Below are positions 9,898-18,017 of a stretch of 64,000 bases of DNA, piece after piece. The notes under the pieces are model-generated. The model saw nothing but the letters and a program-made list of their open reading frames with translations. It did not search any database and had not been told where the DNA came from. Position 1 is the stretch's first letter. Every line of letters starts with the position of its first letter. The stretch is from Candidatus Micrarchaeota archaeon. GTDB taxonomy: Archaea; B1Sed10-29; JAJRYS01. The stretch lies in contig CAZXTN010000001.1 in the NCBI GenBank assembly GCA_964643685.1, positions 1 through 64,000 on the forward strand. The letters are read 5' to 3'. A program made the position numbers and the translations under genes.

Positions 9898-10236
9898 TTG
9901 ATGGCTCAGTTGAAAAAAGTTGATATTAAGGGAAATTCTCATTACGCTGAGTTTAAGCTTTCAAATGAAGAATTCAGTTCTTTGCAGAATGTTAAAAATG
10001 TCTTGATTGTTCCCCTGCATCCGAAAAGTTTCAACGAAGAATTGACAACAGGGAAGCTTGGGACAAGCTTTAGGATAATGCTTCCTAAAAGAACTCTTGA
10101 GAGGTATAACATAACTGAATTGCCTAAAAAGGCTCTTTCTAAATTTTTCAAAATAGGGAAGCAGAATTTTTTAATATCTTGTTTGAACAAATCGCCTTTA
10201 AACATACCTAGGTTTATGGAGGAGAGGAAAAAATGA
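9898..10236 (+). CDS. Hypothetical protein, possible AbrB-like swapped-hairpin regulator
   Basis: GKLGTSFRIMLPK..L resembles AbrB/MazE motif; ATGA-coupled to KaiC gene. Confidence 0.5.
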   Translation: MMAQLKKVDIKGNSHYAEFKLSNEEFSSLQNVKNVLIVPLHPKSFNEELTTGKLGTSFRIMLPKRTLERYNITELPKKALSKFFKIGKQNFLISCLNKSPLNIPRFMEERKK

Positions 10237-10901
10237 TAACAACTGGAATTAAATTGCTTGATAAAAAATTGAAAGGAGGATTGCCTGAAAACACTGTCGT
10301 GCTGCTGTCAGGTGGCCCTGGAACAGGTAAGACTTTATTTTCTTTGAATTACTTGAACGAAGGTTTGAAAAACAAGGAAAGATGCGTTTACGTGTCATTA
10401 AATGAAAACAAAGAAGAGTTAATAAGAGCAACAAAAGGAATTGAATCATTGAAGGAAATGAGCAAACAGCTTGGGAAAAAATTTTCAATAGAGTCAATTG
10501 AACTCGGGCAAATGATTGACTTGGATTACTTTGTCGACTTGTTTGATTCTTATCCTAAAGTAGATAGAGTGGCAATTGACAATGTTAACAAAATGCTTAT
10601 GTTTGCAGAGGATAAGAAGGAATTCAGGAAGCAGTTAAACAAGTTAATTAAAATCTTGAAAAGAAAAGCAAAAAGCACTTTGTTGATATGCGAAACAGTT
10701 GACCATGAGCTTGACACTGGAAACGGCGAGGCATATGAATGCGACGGAGTTATTAACATCAAGTTCATTGAAGTTGAAGAAAAGCCAAAAAGAATGATTG
10801 CAGTTTACAAAATGAGATACACTGACTTTGAAGAAAGAGTGCAGTATGAATTGAAGTTGAACAAGAAAGGGTTTAAGATGACTGAGGCGCATCTTATTTG
10901 A
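10233..10901 (+). CDS. KaiC/RAD55-family single-domain ATPase
   Basis: TGI..LD..L.GG; Walker A GGPGTGKT; Walker B VAID; DGVI; KMR finger. Confidence 0.9.
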   Translation: MITTGIKLLDKKLKGGLPENTVVLLSGGPGTGKTLFSLNYLNEGLKNKERCVYVSLNENKEELIRATKGIESLKEMSKQLGKKFSIESIELGQMIDLDYFVDLFDSYPKVDRVAIDNVNKMLMFAEDKKEFRKQLNKLIKILKRKAKSTLLICETVDHELDTGNGEAYECDGVINIKFIEVEEKPKRMIAVYKMRYTDFEERVQYELKLNKKGFKMTEAHLI

Positions 10902-10922
10902 TTTGATAAGTGTTTATAATTT

Positions 10923-11933
10923 ATGAAATTATCTTATCTTTTTTATAAAGGAATCCTTGAGACAGGGGTAGGTAGCTTAATTAACAAGTTTAAGATTCAT
11001 AGACGCAGAGACATCTTGTTTTTTGAAGAGTTAATCAGTGAGTATGTTAAAAAATGCGATGACAACAACTTAACTGAAAATTTACTTAAGATAGGTGAGG
11101 ATTGGGGAAAATTAGCTATTAAAACAATATTTCCAAAATCATTTTTTTATTTTCCATTAGAGGAAATGTATAATAAGATATTAAGAAAGGTTTGGATAAG
11201 CATTGATTTAGTTCATGATATTAAATTAGTAAAAAAGCAAAATGAAATTTTTTTAACAACAGAATATGAATCAGGTACGAGATTAATTGGAAAAAATCCT
11301 GTTTCCATAGGTTTTCATAAGGGAATGCTTGAGGGGATATTGGGAAAAAAAGTAAAATTAATTGAAGCAAAACAATCTAAAAAAAGATGCTCTTACAGAT
11401 TTAAGGTGTTAAATGAAAAAGCAGAGGAAGTGGAAGCAAAAGGTAAAAGAGAATATTTTTCTTTGAACAAGTTTAACAGGAAAGGTTTTACTACAAAAGA
11501 AGCTATCAAAAGCAAGGTAATAAGGATAAAAGACGACAAGTTATTTTTAAGGGGCAAGCGATTGCTTTTGTTTGAAAGCACTTACTTTCATTTATTTGGA
11601 ATTTATTCAAAAGGCATAGACTTATTGCCTCCTATTGCCGAGAAATTTTTCAATGAATTAGTTAACGCAGAGTCAACTGAGGATGAAAAACTAAGATTTT
11701 TAAAACACATGCTTCAGTTTATGGGCTGGGGGGAGATTAGTTTTTTAGTAACTAAAGATAAAGTGATTATGACTGTTAATCACCCAAATTATGGCTTTCA
11801 AAAAAAAGAGGATAATTGGCTTTTCTTAATAAAAATGGTTGAAGGGTTCATAAAAGCAATAAGGAAAAGGACAGTTCTTAAAAGCTACAACTATTCACAT
11901 GGAAAAGTCACAGCAGTTTATTGTAAAAAATAA
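10923..11933 (+). CDS. Tandem V4R-like ligand-binding domain protein
   Basis: Two repeats: IGEDWGK...GFHKGMLEGILG...C.YRF and LRGKRLLL...MGWG...MVEGFI. Confidence 0.6.
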   Translation: MKLSYLFYKGILETGVGSLINKFKIHRRRDILFFEELISEYVKKCDDNNLTENLLKIGEDWGKLAIKTIFPKSFFYFPLEEMYNKILRKVWISIDLVHDIKLVKKQNEIFLTTEYESGTRLIGKNPVSIGFHKGMLEGILGKKVKLIEAKQSKKRCSYRFKVLNEKAEEVEAKGKREYFSLNKFNRKGFTTKEAIKSKVIRIKDDKLFLRGKRLLLFESTYFHLFGIYSKGIDLLPPIAEKFFNELVNAESTEDEKLRFLKHMLQFMGWGEISFLVTKDKVIMTVNHPNYGFQKKEDNWLFLIKMVEGFIKAIRKRTVLKSYNYSHGKVTAVYCKK

Positions 11934-12669
11934 GAACATTTAAGATGAAAAACATCAAGCCTGAAACAAGATGAGCTTTTTCAGGTTTATTGAAAAAAAC
12001 AAGAGTAATCACAAGAAGTATGAAAAGAGAAGCAGGGGGGAAAATTTTAAAAGATAGATAAAAGGAAGCAAGCAGAAGAACAATGATGACCCATTTTGTC
12101 TTTTTAAAACCAATTGCAACCGGGATAGTTTTAATACCTGCTTCTTTATCCCCTTTGTAATCTCTTAAATCAGAGCAAATGGAAGCTGCAAGGAAGGTTG
12201 TAAAAATGAAAAATGAACTTGGCAATAAGAACCAGCCTAGATTAAACAAAGAAGCACCAAATAAAAAAATTAAAGTAATGCCAAAAGAGGTGTAAACGTT
12301 TTTTAGCAAGAAGAACCTTTTCAATCTTAAAGAGGAGTAAATCCAAGAGAGAATCACTGGAAGGGAATAAAGTAGAATGGAATGTAAGTTAAAATTGATT
12401 ATTAGAAATAAACCTAAGAAGAAAGAGAGCATAGGCCCTATTAAAAAAGTTTTGTTAATAATTAAGTCTCTTTTATTCACTTTATCCTCTTCATAATCAA
12501 AAAAATTGTTATGGGAATAACCAGCTATTCCTGCAAAAAAAGCAGCAGCAGATACAATCAACAAGTTAGAGTTAAGAGGGTTAAAAAGAAGGTAACCAAA
12601 AGCACTTACCATGCTGATATAAAACGCTATTTTTATTCTGAAAAATTTCAGTAAATTTCTAATTTTCAT
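11908..12669 (-). CDS. UbiA-family prenyltransferase
   Basis: NNFFDYEEDKVN (motif I variant), DLRDYKGD..AGIKTIP (motif II); multiple TM helices. Confidence 0.88.
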   Translation of the reverse strand: MKIRNLLKFFRIKIAFYISMVSAFGYLLFNPLNSNLLIVSAAAFFAGIAGYSHNNFFDYEEDKVNKRDLIINKTFLIGPMLSFFLGLFLIINFNLHSILLYSLPVILSWIYSSLRLKRFFLLKNVYTSFGITLIFLFGASLFNLGWFLLPSSFFIFTTFLAASICSDLRDYKGDKEAGIKTIPVAIGFKKTKWVIIVLLLASFYLSFKIFPPASLFILLVITLVFFNKPEKAHLVSGLMFFILNVLIFYNKLL

Positions 12670-13720
12670 AAAGTTTTAATACCTCCTGTTCAGTTAAATT
12701 CCTTTTTTTTCTAAGAGACTCTGTTTTTAGCTTATCAAGAAGAGGACCTAGCTCATCTTCTTTGTAAGGAATGCCATATTTTGATAACAAGTATTTCAAG
12801 TTTGATTTTCCAGAATGTTTTCCAAAAACAATTACTCTTGAATTACCAACAATAGAAGGATCAAAAGGCTCATAAATTGAAGATCCTTTAAGCAAAGCAT
12901 TAACATGGATTCCAGATTCATGAGCAAAAGCATTGCTCCCTACTATTGGTTTTTGAGGAGGAAGTGTTATACCTGCTACTTTTCCAACTTTTTCACATAA
13001 ATTTTTAATAACTTTATAATTTACATTAAGGTTTATGCCTTCAATAACTTTCAATGCAACCACTACTTCTTCTATTGCTGCATTGCCTGCTCTTTCACCA
13101 ATACCACAGAAAGTTCCGGAAAAAGCAGTTGCTCCTGATTTTATAGCCATTAAAGTATTAGCAGAGGCCATTCCAAGATCATTATGCCCATGAAATTCAA
13201 CATTAACTTTTTTAGAAATTCGTGAAATAACTTCTTTTGTTTTCCAAGGAGTTAATAACCCAGAGGTGTCACTGTAAATAAATTGAGAGACATTTTTAGA
13301 AATTTCAACTAATTCATCTAATTCTTCTAAATTAGAAGTTGAAGCTCCTTCACAAGCAAGTTCAACTTTCAAGCCAAAGTCTTTAGAATAATTTATTAAA
13401 TCAATAGCTTGAGAGGGATTTTTTAAAATTTCCTTGAATTTATGAAATAAAGCAATGCGTTTCACACCTAACTTAGCTACTTCTTCTATAAACTCCTTTT
13501 TCATAGGACAAACAGCACTTACCCTAATTCCTTCATCAGTTAACACTCTGGTTAAATCAGCTTCTTCAGCTGAAACAGAAGGCATAAGACGAATGTAATC
13601 CACCCCAAAATCACTTATCTCTTCAGCTAATTTTAACTTCTCATTAAAACTAAAAACCAATCCAGGCATCTGCTCTCCGTCTCTAAGAGTCTCATCAAAA
13701 ATTTGCAAATTCATAATCAA
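12659..13720 (-). CDS. Homocitrate/isopropylmalate synthase-family (DRE-TIM) acyltransferase without regulatory domain
   Basis: DETLRDGEQ, HGHNDLG, GIGERAGN, HESGIH, GKHSG; 353 aa. Confidence 0.88.
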   Translation of the reverse strand: MIMNLQIFDETLRDGEQMPGLVFSFNEKLKLAEEISDFGVDYIRLMPSVSAEEADLTRVLTDEGIRVSAVCPMKKEFIEEVAKLGVKRIALFHKFKEILKNPSQAIDLINYSKDFGLKVELACEGASTSNLEELDELVEISKNVSQFIYSDTSGLLTPWKTKEVISRISKKVNVEFHGHNDLGMASANTLMAIKSGATAFSGTFCGIGERAGNAAIEEVVVALKVIEGINLNVNYKVIKNLCEKVGKVAGITLPPQKPIVGSNAFAHESGIHVNALLKGSSIYEPFDPSIVGNSRVIVFGKHSGKSNLKYLLSKYGIPYKEDELGPLLDKLKTESLRKKRNLTEQEVLKLYEN

Positions 13721-13844
13721 AACAACTTAAAATGTATTTAAATAACTAACTAAAATTTAAATAATTGTATAAAATAGCTAAATTGGCAGTTAAAAAGCAT
13801 AAATAAATGTTAATTTTATAAGAGCAGCAAGAGTTTAGAACAAT

Positions 13845-14465
13845 ATGAGTTTATTAGTTGACATGAAAAATTTCATTAGCACTGGGCTTCGCTATGAAGG
13901 TGCTTATTTAATAAGAGGAGAGCCTGGGACAGGCAAAACTACTTTTTGCTTGACAGCTGCTTCTGAGTGGGAGAAAGAGAAGAAGAAAGTGATTTTTTCA
14001 ACAAAACACGCAAAAGATGAAATTGAAGAGAAAATAAAAAACTATGGGGAAATGAAGAATGTTAAGGTAATTACAATAAATCCTCTTGAAACAAGAAACT
14101 TGACAATGATTAGCCATAAAATAGCAGATGAAATGGAAAAAATGAGCAAAGGAGATTTGATTATTATTGATTCCTTGTCTTCTTTTCTTTTAAGCAATGA
14201 AGCAAAGCAAGTTGCCAAGTTTATACAGACGCAAGTAGCGCGTGTAAGAGCAAAAGAGATTACAATGCTGATGACAGTAGAGGAAGGAGTTAATGAAAAA
14301 CAAGTAATTGACCTTGTTTCATACTTCACTGACGCAATTTTTGAATTAAAAGTAGAAGAAAATAAGAGATTGTTTAGGGTTTACATGTGCAAGTTTGACA
14401 GCAACAAGCTGACTTGGAACCAATACAAGGTAACAAATAAAGGATTTAAATTTTTAAACAATTAA
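13845..14465 (+). CDS. KaiC/RAD55-family ATPase, partly degenerate
   Basis: GEPGTGKT and IIIDS present; catalytic Glu region (STKH) and K-x-R finger (MCK) altered. Confidence 0.8.
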   Translation: MSLLVDMKNFISTGLRYEGAYLIRGEPGTGKTTFCLTAASEWEKEKKKVIFSTKHAKDEIEEKIKNYGEMKNVKVITINPLETRNLTMISHKIADEMEKMSKGDLIIIDSLSSFLLSNEAKQVAKFIQTQVARVRAKEITMLMTVEEGVNEKQVIDLVSYFTDAIFELKVEENKRLFRVYMCKFDSNKLTWNQYKVTNKGFKFLNN

Positions 14466-15667
14466 AAAAAATACTTCAAGAAAATTTCTTTCCCTTTAAT
14501 TGTTTTTAATAACTCGGAATGCTTTTCCCATTTTCTTCCAGTGTTTAACTTGCTTCCTATGAACTCAAGCGCTTCGTCTAACGACTGGAATTTTATGCTT
14601 TTTCCCTTCACTGCATTGCGCACGTTTTCCCTCACTTCCCATACTCCAACAGGAGCGAAGTAGCCGCTGCCTATCTCTCTGATTATGAAGACTGTTGCTT
14701 GTTTTTTCATTTGCTTTAATTTTTCAAGCACGCCAAGCCGCCCTGCATAGTACCCTCCTTGCACGTTTTCAGCGTATTTTTTTCTTCCTTGAAACAATTC
14801 ATAATCAGACATAAATACTGTTTCTTCGTTTTTCTGCACCCAAATGCTTCCAGGAGAGTAAAACTCAACTTGTTCAAAACTCCACCTGCCAGGCAAAAAC
14901 AAGACAAAGAAGTGGTTGTCCAAGTAATTGCTTTCAAAAACAAGGTAGTCATTCAATTCAGGGAAATGCCTTACTTCTTCAAGCAATTGTTTTCCAAGAG
15001 TGTCATCAGTTGCTGTGATGCTCCACCTTGTCGGCACCAGCTTTTTTTTCAAGCCAAGCAAGCCAGTTGACAAAATCCTTTGAATAGAATCAAAAGGAAC
15101 TCCTTTCTCGTATAATTTTTTCATTCCTTCAACTGCTTTCAACTCGTCGTTAACTACTTTGTCAACTGCGCGTGGAATTGAAGGGTTTGATTCAAGAACA
15201 ACTTTTTTAGTTTCTCCTGTCGGGCCATAAGGAGCTGTAACTGAATCAAAACCAAGCTCCAGCTTCGGCTTTTTCTTGAACACGACGTCTGTTTCAATGT
15301 TTTTTTTACTCATTGCTATTTCTTGCACTACTTCTAGTTTTTTGCTTGGGTTGGCTGCTTCAGTTACTTTGACTGTATCTTTTCCTCTGAACAGGCTTGT
15401 GCGGTGCTGTATTATTTTAGTTAATGGAGTGCCTATCCATTTTTCAGTGTTTTCTTCAAGCGAAGGGTTTTTTCCTGTCAAAGGACCAATGTACACATTT
15501 GGGTAATTGTACCTGCCTATGAATATTGAAGGGCTTTCTCCTACTAGCTCGTTTTCTTCAAGGAGCTTGTCTAGGCTTTCAAAAGCTTTCATTTTAAGCA
15601 GTATTGGGCAGACTGGGCGCCCGCATAAGTGCTTTACTCCCTTGCATTTAACACATAGCTCTGACAT
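14462..15667 (-). CDS. nreA: Nre family DNA repair protein
   Basis: CVKCKG...LCGR..CP; SPSIFIGR..YP; LVPTRWSITA.DD; GGYYA; PVGVW.VRE; PIP-like tail LKYFF. Confidence 0.9.
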   Translation of the reverse strand: MSELCVKCKGVKHLCGRPVCPILLKMKAFESLDKLLEENELVGESPSIFIGRYNYPNVYIGPLTGKNPSLEENTEKWIGTPLTKIIQHRTSLFRGKDTVKVTEAANPSKKLEVVQEIAMSKKNIETDVVFKKKPKLELGFDSVTAPYGPTGETKKVVLESNPSIPRAVDKVVNDELKAVEGMKKLYEKGVPFDSIQRILSTGLLGLKKKLVPTRWSITATDDTLGKQLLEEVRHFPELNDYLVFESNYLDNHFFVLFLPGRWSFEQVEFYSPGSIWVQKNEETVFMSDYELFQGRKKYAENVQGGYYAGRLGVLEKLKQMKKQATVFIIREIGSGYFAPVGVWEVRENVRNAVKGKSIKFQSLDEALEFIGSKLNTGRKWEKHSELLKTIKGKEIFLKYFF

Positions 15668-15715
15668 TTGCAAAACCTTTGGTTTATTTAATAACTTAAT
15701 TCAGTAATATTAGTA

Positions 15716-16411
15716 ATGGCTAAAACGCATGAATTTAAAGGCATTTTGTTCACTGACATTCCTAAAGAAGTTGTTGAAAAGCTTGGGATAAAGCCAGGCG
15801 ACGAAGTGAATTTCATAATCAGCGGAGAGCAAGTTGTTTTTGAAAAAAAAGAAAAAAACAAGAACAGGTTAACCGAAGCTGAAAAGAAGCTGTTGAAGGA
15901 ATTGATGAAAATAAGGCACGTTGACAGGAAAACATCTGATCTTCAGAAGCTGATTGTTGAAAACAAGGAACAGTTAGACAGCTTGTTTAACAAAGGTGTT
16001 CTTTTCAAGTATTCAAGAGACGGCGAGGAGTTTATTGGAATTGACAGGAGTTATTATTCTGGCTTTTCAAAGCAAGCAGGTTCAAAGGGACTGCTGGGTA
16101 ACTTGGAGGAAAAAGGTTACTTGATTTTAGAAGACAAGAAGTTGATTTACAAGCTAAGCAGGGAAATTGAAGAGCAGAAAAAGCAAGTTAAAGGAGTCAT
16201 GGGTTTTGACAAGAAGTTGTATGTTGTTGATGAAAAAGTTTATTCAGAAGCAAAAAATAAGATTGAAAAGGAGATGAAGGAAGCTTTGACAATTGAAGAA
16301 GCAAGTGAAAGAACAGGGCTTGAGAAGGGGCTTGTGAAAGCTGTTGTTGAAGTGCTTAAAGAGCAAGGGGATTTGATTGAGAAGACAAAAGGAGTTTATC
16401 AGCTGGCATGA
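15716..16411 (+). CDS. AbrB/MazE-type N-terminal domain protein with winged-helix-like C-terminus
   Basis: IPKEVVEKLGIKPGDEVNF; C-terminal HTH-like TIEEASERTGL...L..QGDL. Confidence 0.6.
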   Translation: MAKTHEFKGILFTDIPKEVVEKLGIKPGDEVNFIISGEQVVFEKKEKNKNRLTEAEKKLLKELMKIRHVDRKTSDLQKLIVENKEQLDSLFNKGVLFKYSRDGEEFIGIDRSYYSGFSKQAGSKGLLGNLEEKGYLILEDKKLIYKLSREIEEQKKQVKGVMGFDKKLYVVDEKVYSEAKNKIEKEMKEALTIEEASERTGLEKGLVKAVVEVLKEQGDLIEKTKGVYQLA

Positions 16412-16422
16412 GGCGGTGAAAA

Positions 16423-16794
16423 ATGCTTGACTGGGTTTTGATTCCTTTAATGACAGGAGAAGAAGATGAACTTGTTTTGAAATTGAAAGACGCTGGAAAA
16501 ATAATCTTGCTGTTCGTGATTGACGAGAAGTTGAAGCAGAAGCCTGCTCTTGAAGTGCAGGACGAGATTAAGAAAGCAGAGGAGTACTTGGAGAAAATCA
16601 AGAAAGAAGTTGAAAAAACAAAACCGAACGCGCTTGTTGATGATTACTTGGAATGGGGAAAATGGGATGAGAAAATCACAAGCATTGCAAAAATAGAAGC
16701 AGTGAAAACAATTCTTGCTAAAAAAAATGATGAAATTGAGTTAATTGCACCGAAGTTAAAAGCAAGCGGACTAGAAGTAGAGTTAATGGATTAA
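16423..16794 (+). CDS. Universal stress protein-like protein
   Basis: VLIP...ILLFVID...EWG...I..IA pattern of the USP fold. Confidence 0.55.
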   Translation: MLDWVLIPLMTGEEDELVLKLKDAGKIILLFVIDEKLKQKPALEVQDEIKKAEEYLEKIKKEVEKTKPNALVDDYLEWGKWDEKITSIAKIEAVKTILAKKNDEIELIAPKLKASGLEVELMD

Positions 16795-17850
16795 TAGTTT
16801 TTCTGCTTTGTCTCTTAGTTTTTCCTTTTTCTCCTGATGCTGTTTCAAGAAAGAATTTATTTTTTCAATCAACTCTTTTTTACACTGCCCGCAAGTCAAT
16901 TCTCCCTTGAGGCATGCTTTTTTTCTCTCAAGCAATTTCTCATCATCTTCTTCAAAGTGATAAGCAAACAACTCGAACACTACGCACTTGTCAGGTTGTC
17001 CTCCTTTGACTTTCTGTTCTTGTATGGTGTCTCTTCCGCCAGTTAAAGCCCTGTTCACTTTCTTTTTTATAATTTTTTCATCATCTGAAAGTGAAATCAT
17101 TCCAAGCTCGTCGCGCTTGCTCATTTTATTGCTTCCTGAAAGCGAGCGCATGAATTTATGGTAAGTAGAAGAAGGAAGAGTTAATTTGTGCTTGAATGCA
17201 ATGTCTCTTGTAAGACGCATGTGAGGGTCTTGGTCTAATCCAATTGGAACTACTACGTGTTTTTTTCCGCCGAATTTTTCCATTTGAGGATAAAGAATAT
17301 CTCCTACTTGGAGAAGAGAAACCATGTTTTCTCCAATTGTTTTTTCGCCGTAAATTGCTTTCATCATGTTGTAAGTCACATTACGCGCGTATTTGTAGCC
17401 GAGTTGCATGACTTCTTTTTCCTCGCTTTGCTTGTAAAAGTAGTTAGTGTCTTTTATGCCTAAAGCAAGCAAGTCAGCTATGTTGTCAATTGCTGTTTCA
17501 TGCAATTCCTCCAAGCTCTTTTTGTTGACTTGATAAGCTTCCAAGTCAGCTACTGAGTAAAAGATTTCAGCTCCCATGTCTTGGTAAATTTTCATTTGGT
17601 CAACTACAAGCTTGGAGCCCAAATGAAAGTTGTTTGATGGCTTTATTCCTGTTAAGACTGCTATTGATTCTCCTTTTTCTTTTGCTTCAAGAAACTTGTC
17701 CAGGTCCCTGTGCGCGAAGATAATGTTTCTTCTGAATAGGTAGTGGTCAGGTAGCTTTTTTTTAAGCTCGTCGCTGATTAGTTTGATTCCAAATTCCTTG
17801 ATTGTTTTTTCATAATCTTCAGGCAGTTCTGAACTGAAAGGGTCTACCAT
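16783..17850 (-). CDS. trpS: Tryptophan--tRNA ligase
   Basis: RR.IIFAHRD; HLGS (HIGH); G.DQDPH.RLTRD; KMSK; TGGR. Confidence 0.95.
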   Translation of the reverse strand: MVDPFSSELPEDYEKTIKEFGIKLISDELKKKLPDHYLFRRNIIFAHRDLDKFLEAKEKGESIAVLTGIKPSNNFHLGSKLVVDQMKIYQDMGAEIFYSVADLEAYQVNKKSLEELHETAIDNIADLLALGIKDTNYFYKQSEEKEVMQLGYKYARNVTYNMMKAIYGEKTIGENMVSLLQVGDILYPQMEKFGGKKHVVVPIGLDQDPHMRLTRDIAFKHKLTLPSSTYHKFMRSLSGSNKMSKRDELGMISLSDDEKIIKKKVNRALTGGRDTIQEQKVKGGQPDKCVVFELFAYHFEEDDEKLLERKKACLKGELTCGQCKKELIEKINSFLKQHQEKKEKLRDKAEKLLIH

Positions 17851-17936
17851 AGTTCTTCAGTTAAATATTCACTTTAAGCAGGTATATAATATTGAGTAAA
17901 ATAAGCAAACAAGGCAGTTAAACCAAAACCGAAAGG

Positions 17937-17968
17937 TATATAAATGTTGTTACTTACAAATAGTAACA
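17937..17968 (+). promoter_or_regulatory. TATA box plus perfect 7-7-7 palindromic operator (copy 3)
   Basis: CGAAAGG BRE; TATATAAA 17937-17944; TGTTACT-TACAAAT-AGTAACA 17948-17968. Confidence 0.75.
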
Positions 17969-18017
17969 TTAAAAGTTATGATAAATAAAAACATATTTAA
18001 CGCGGAGGTAAGTTAAA

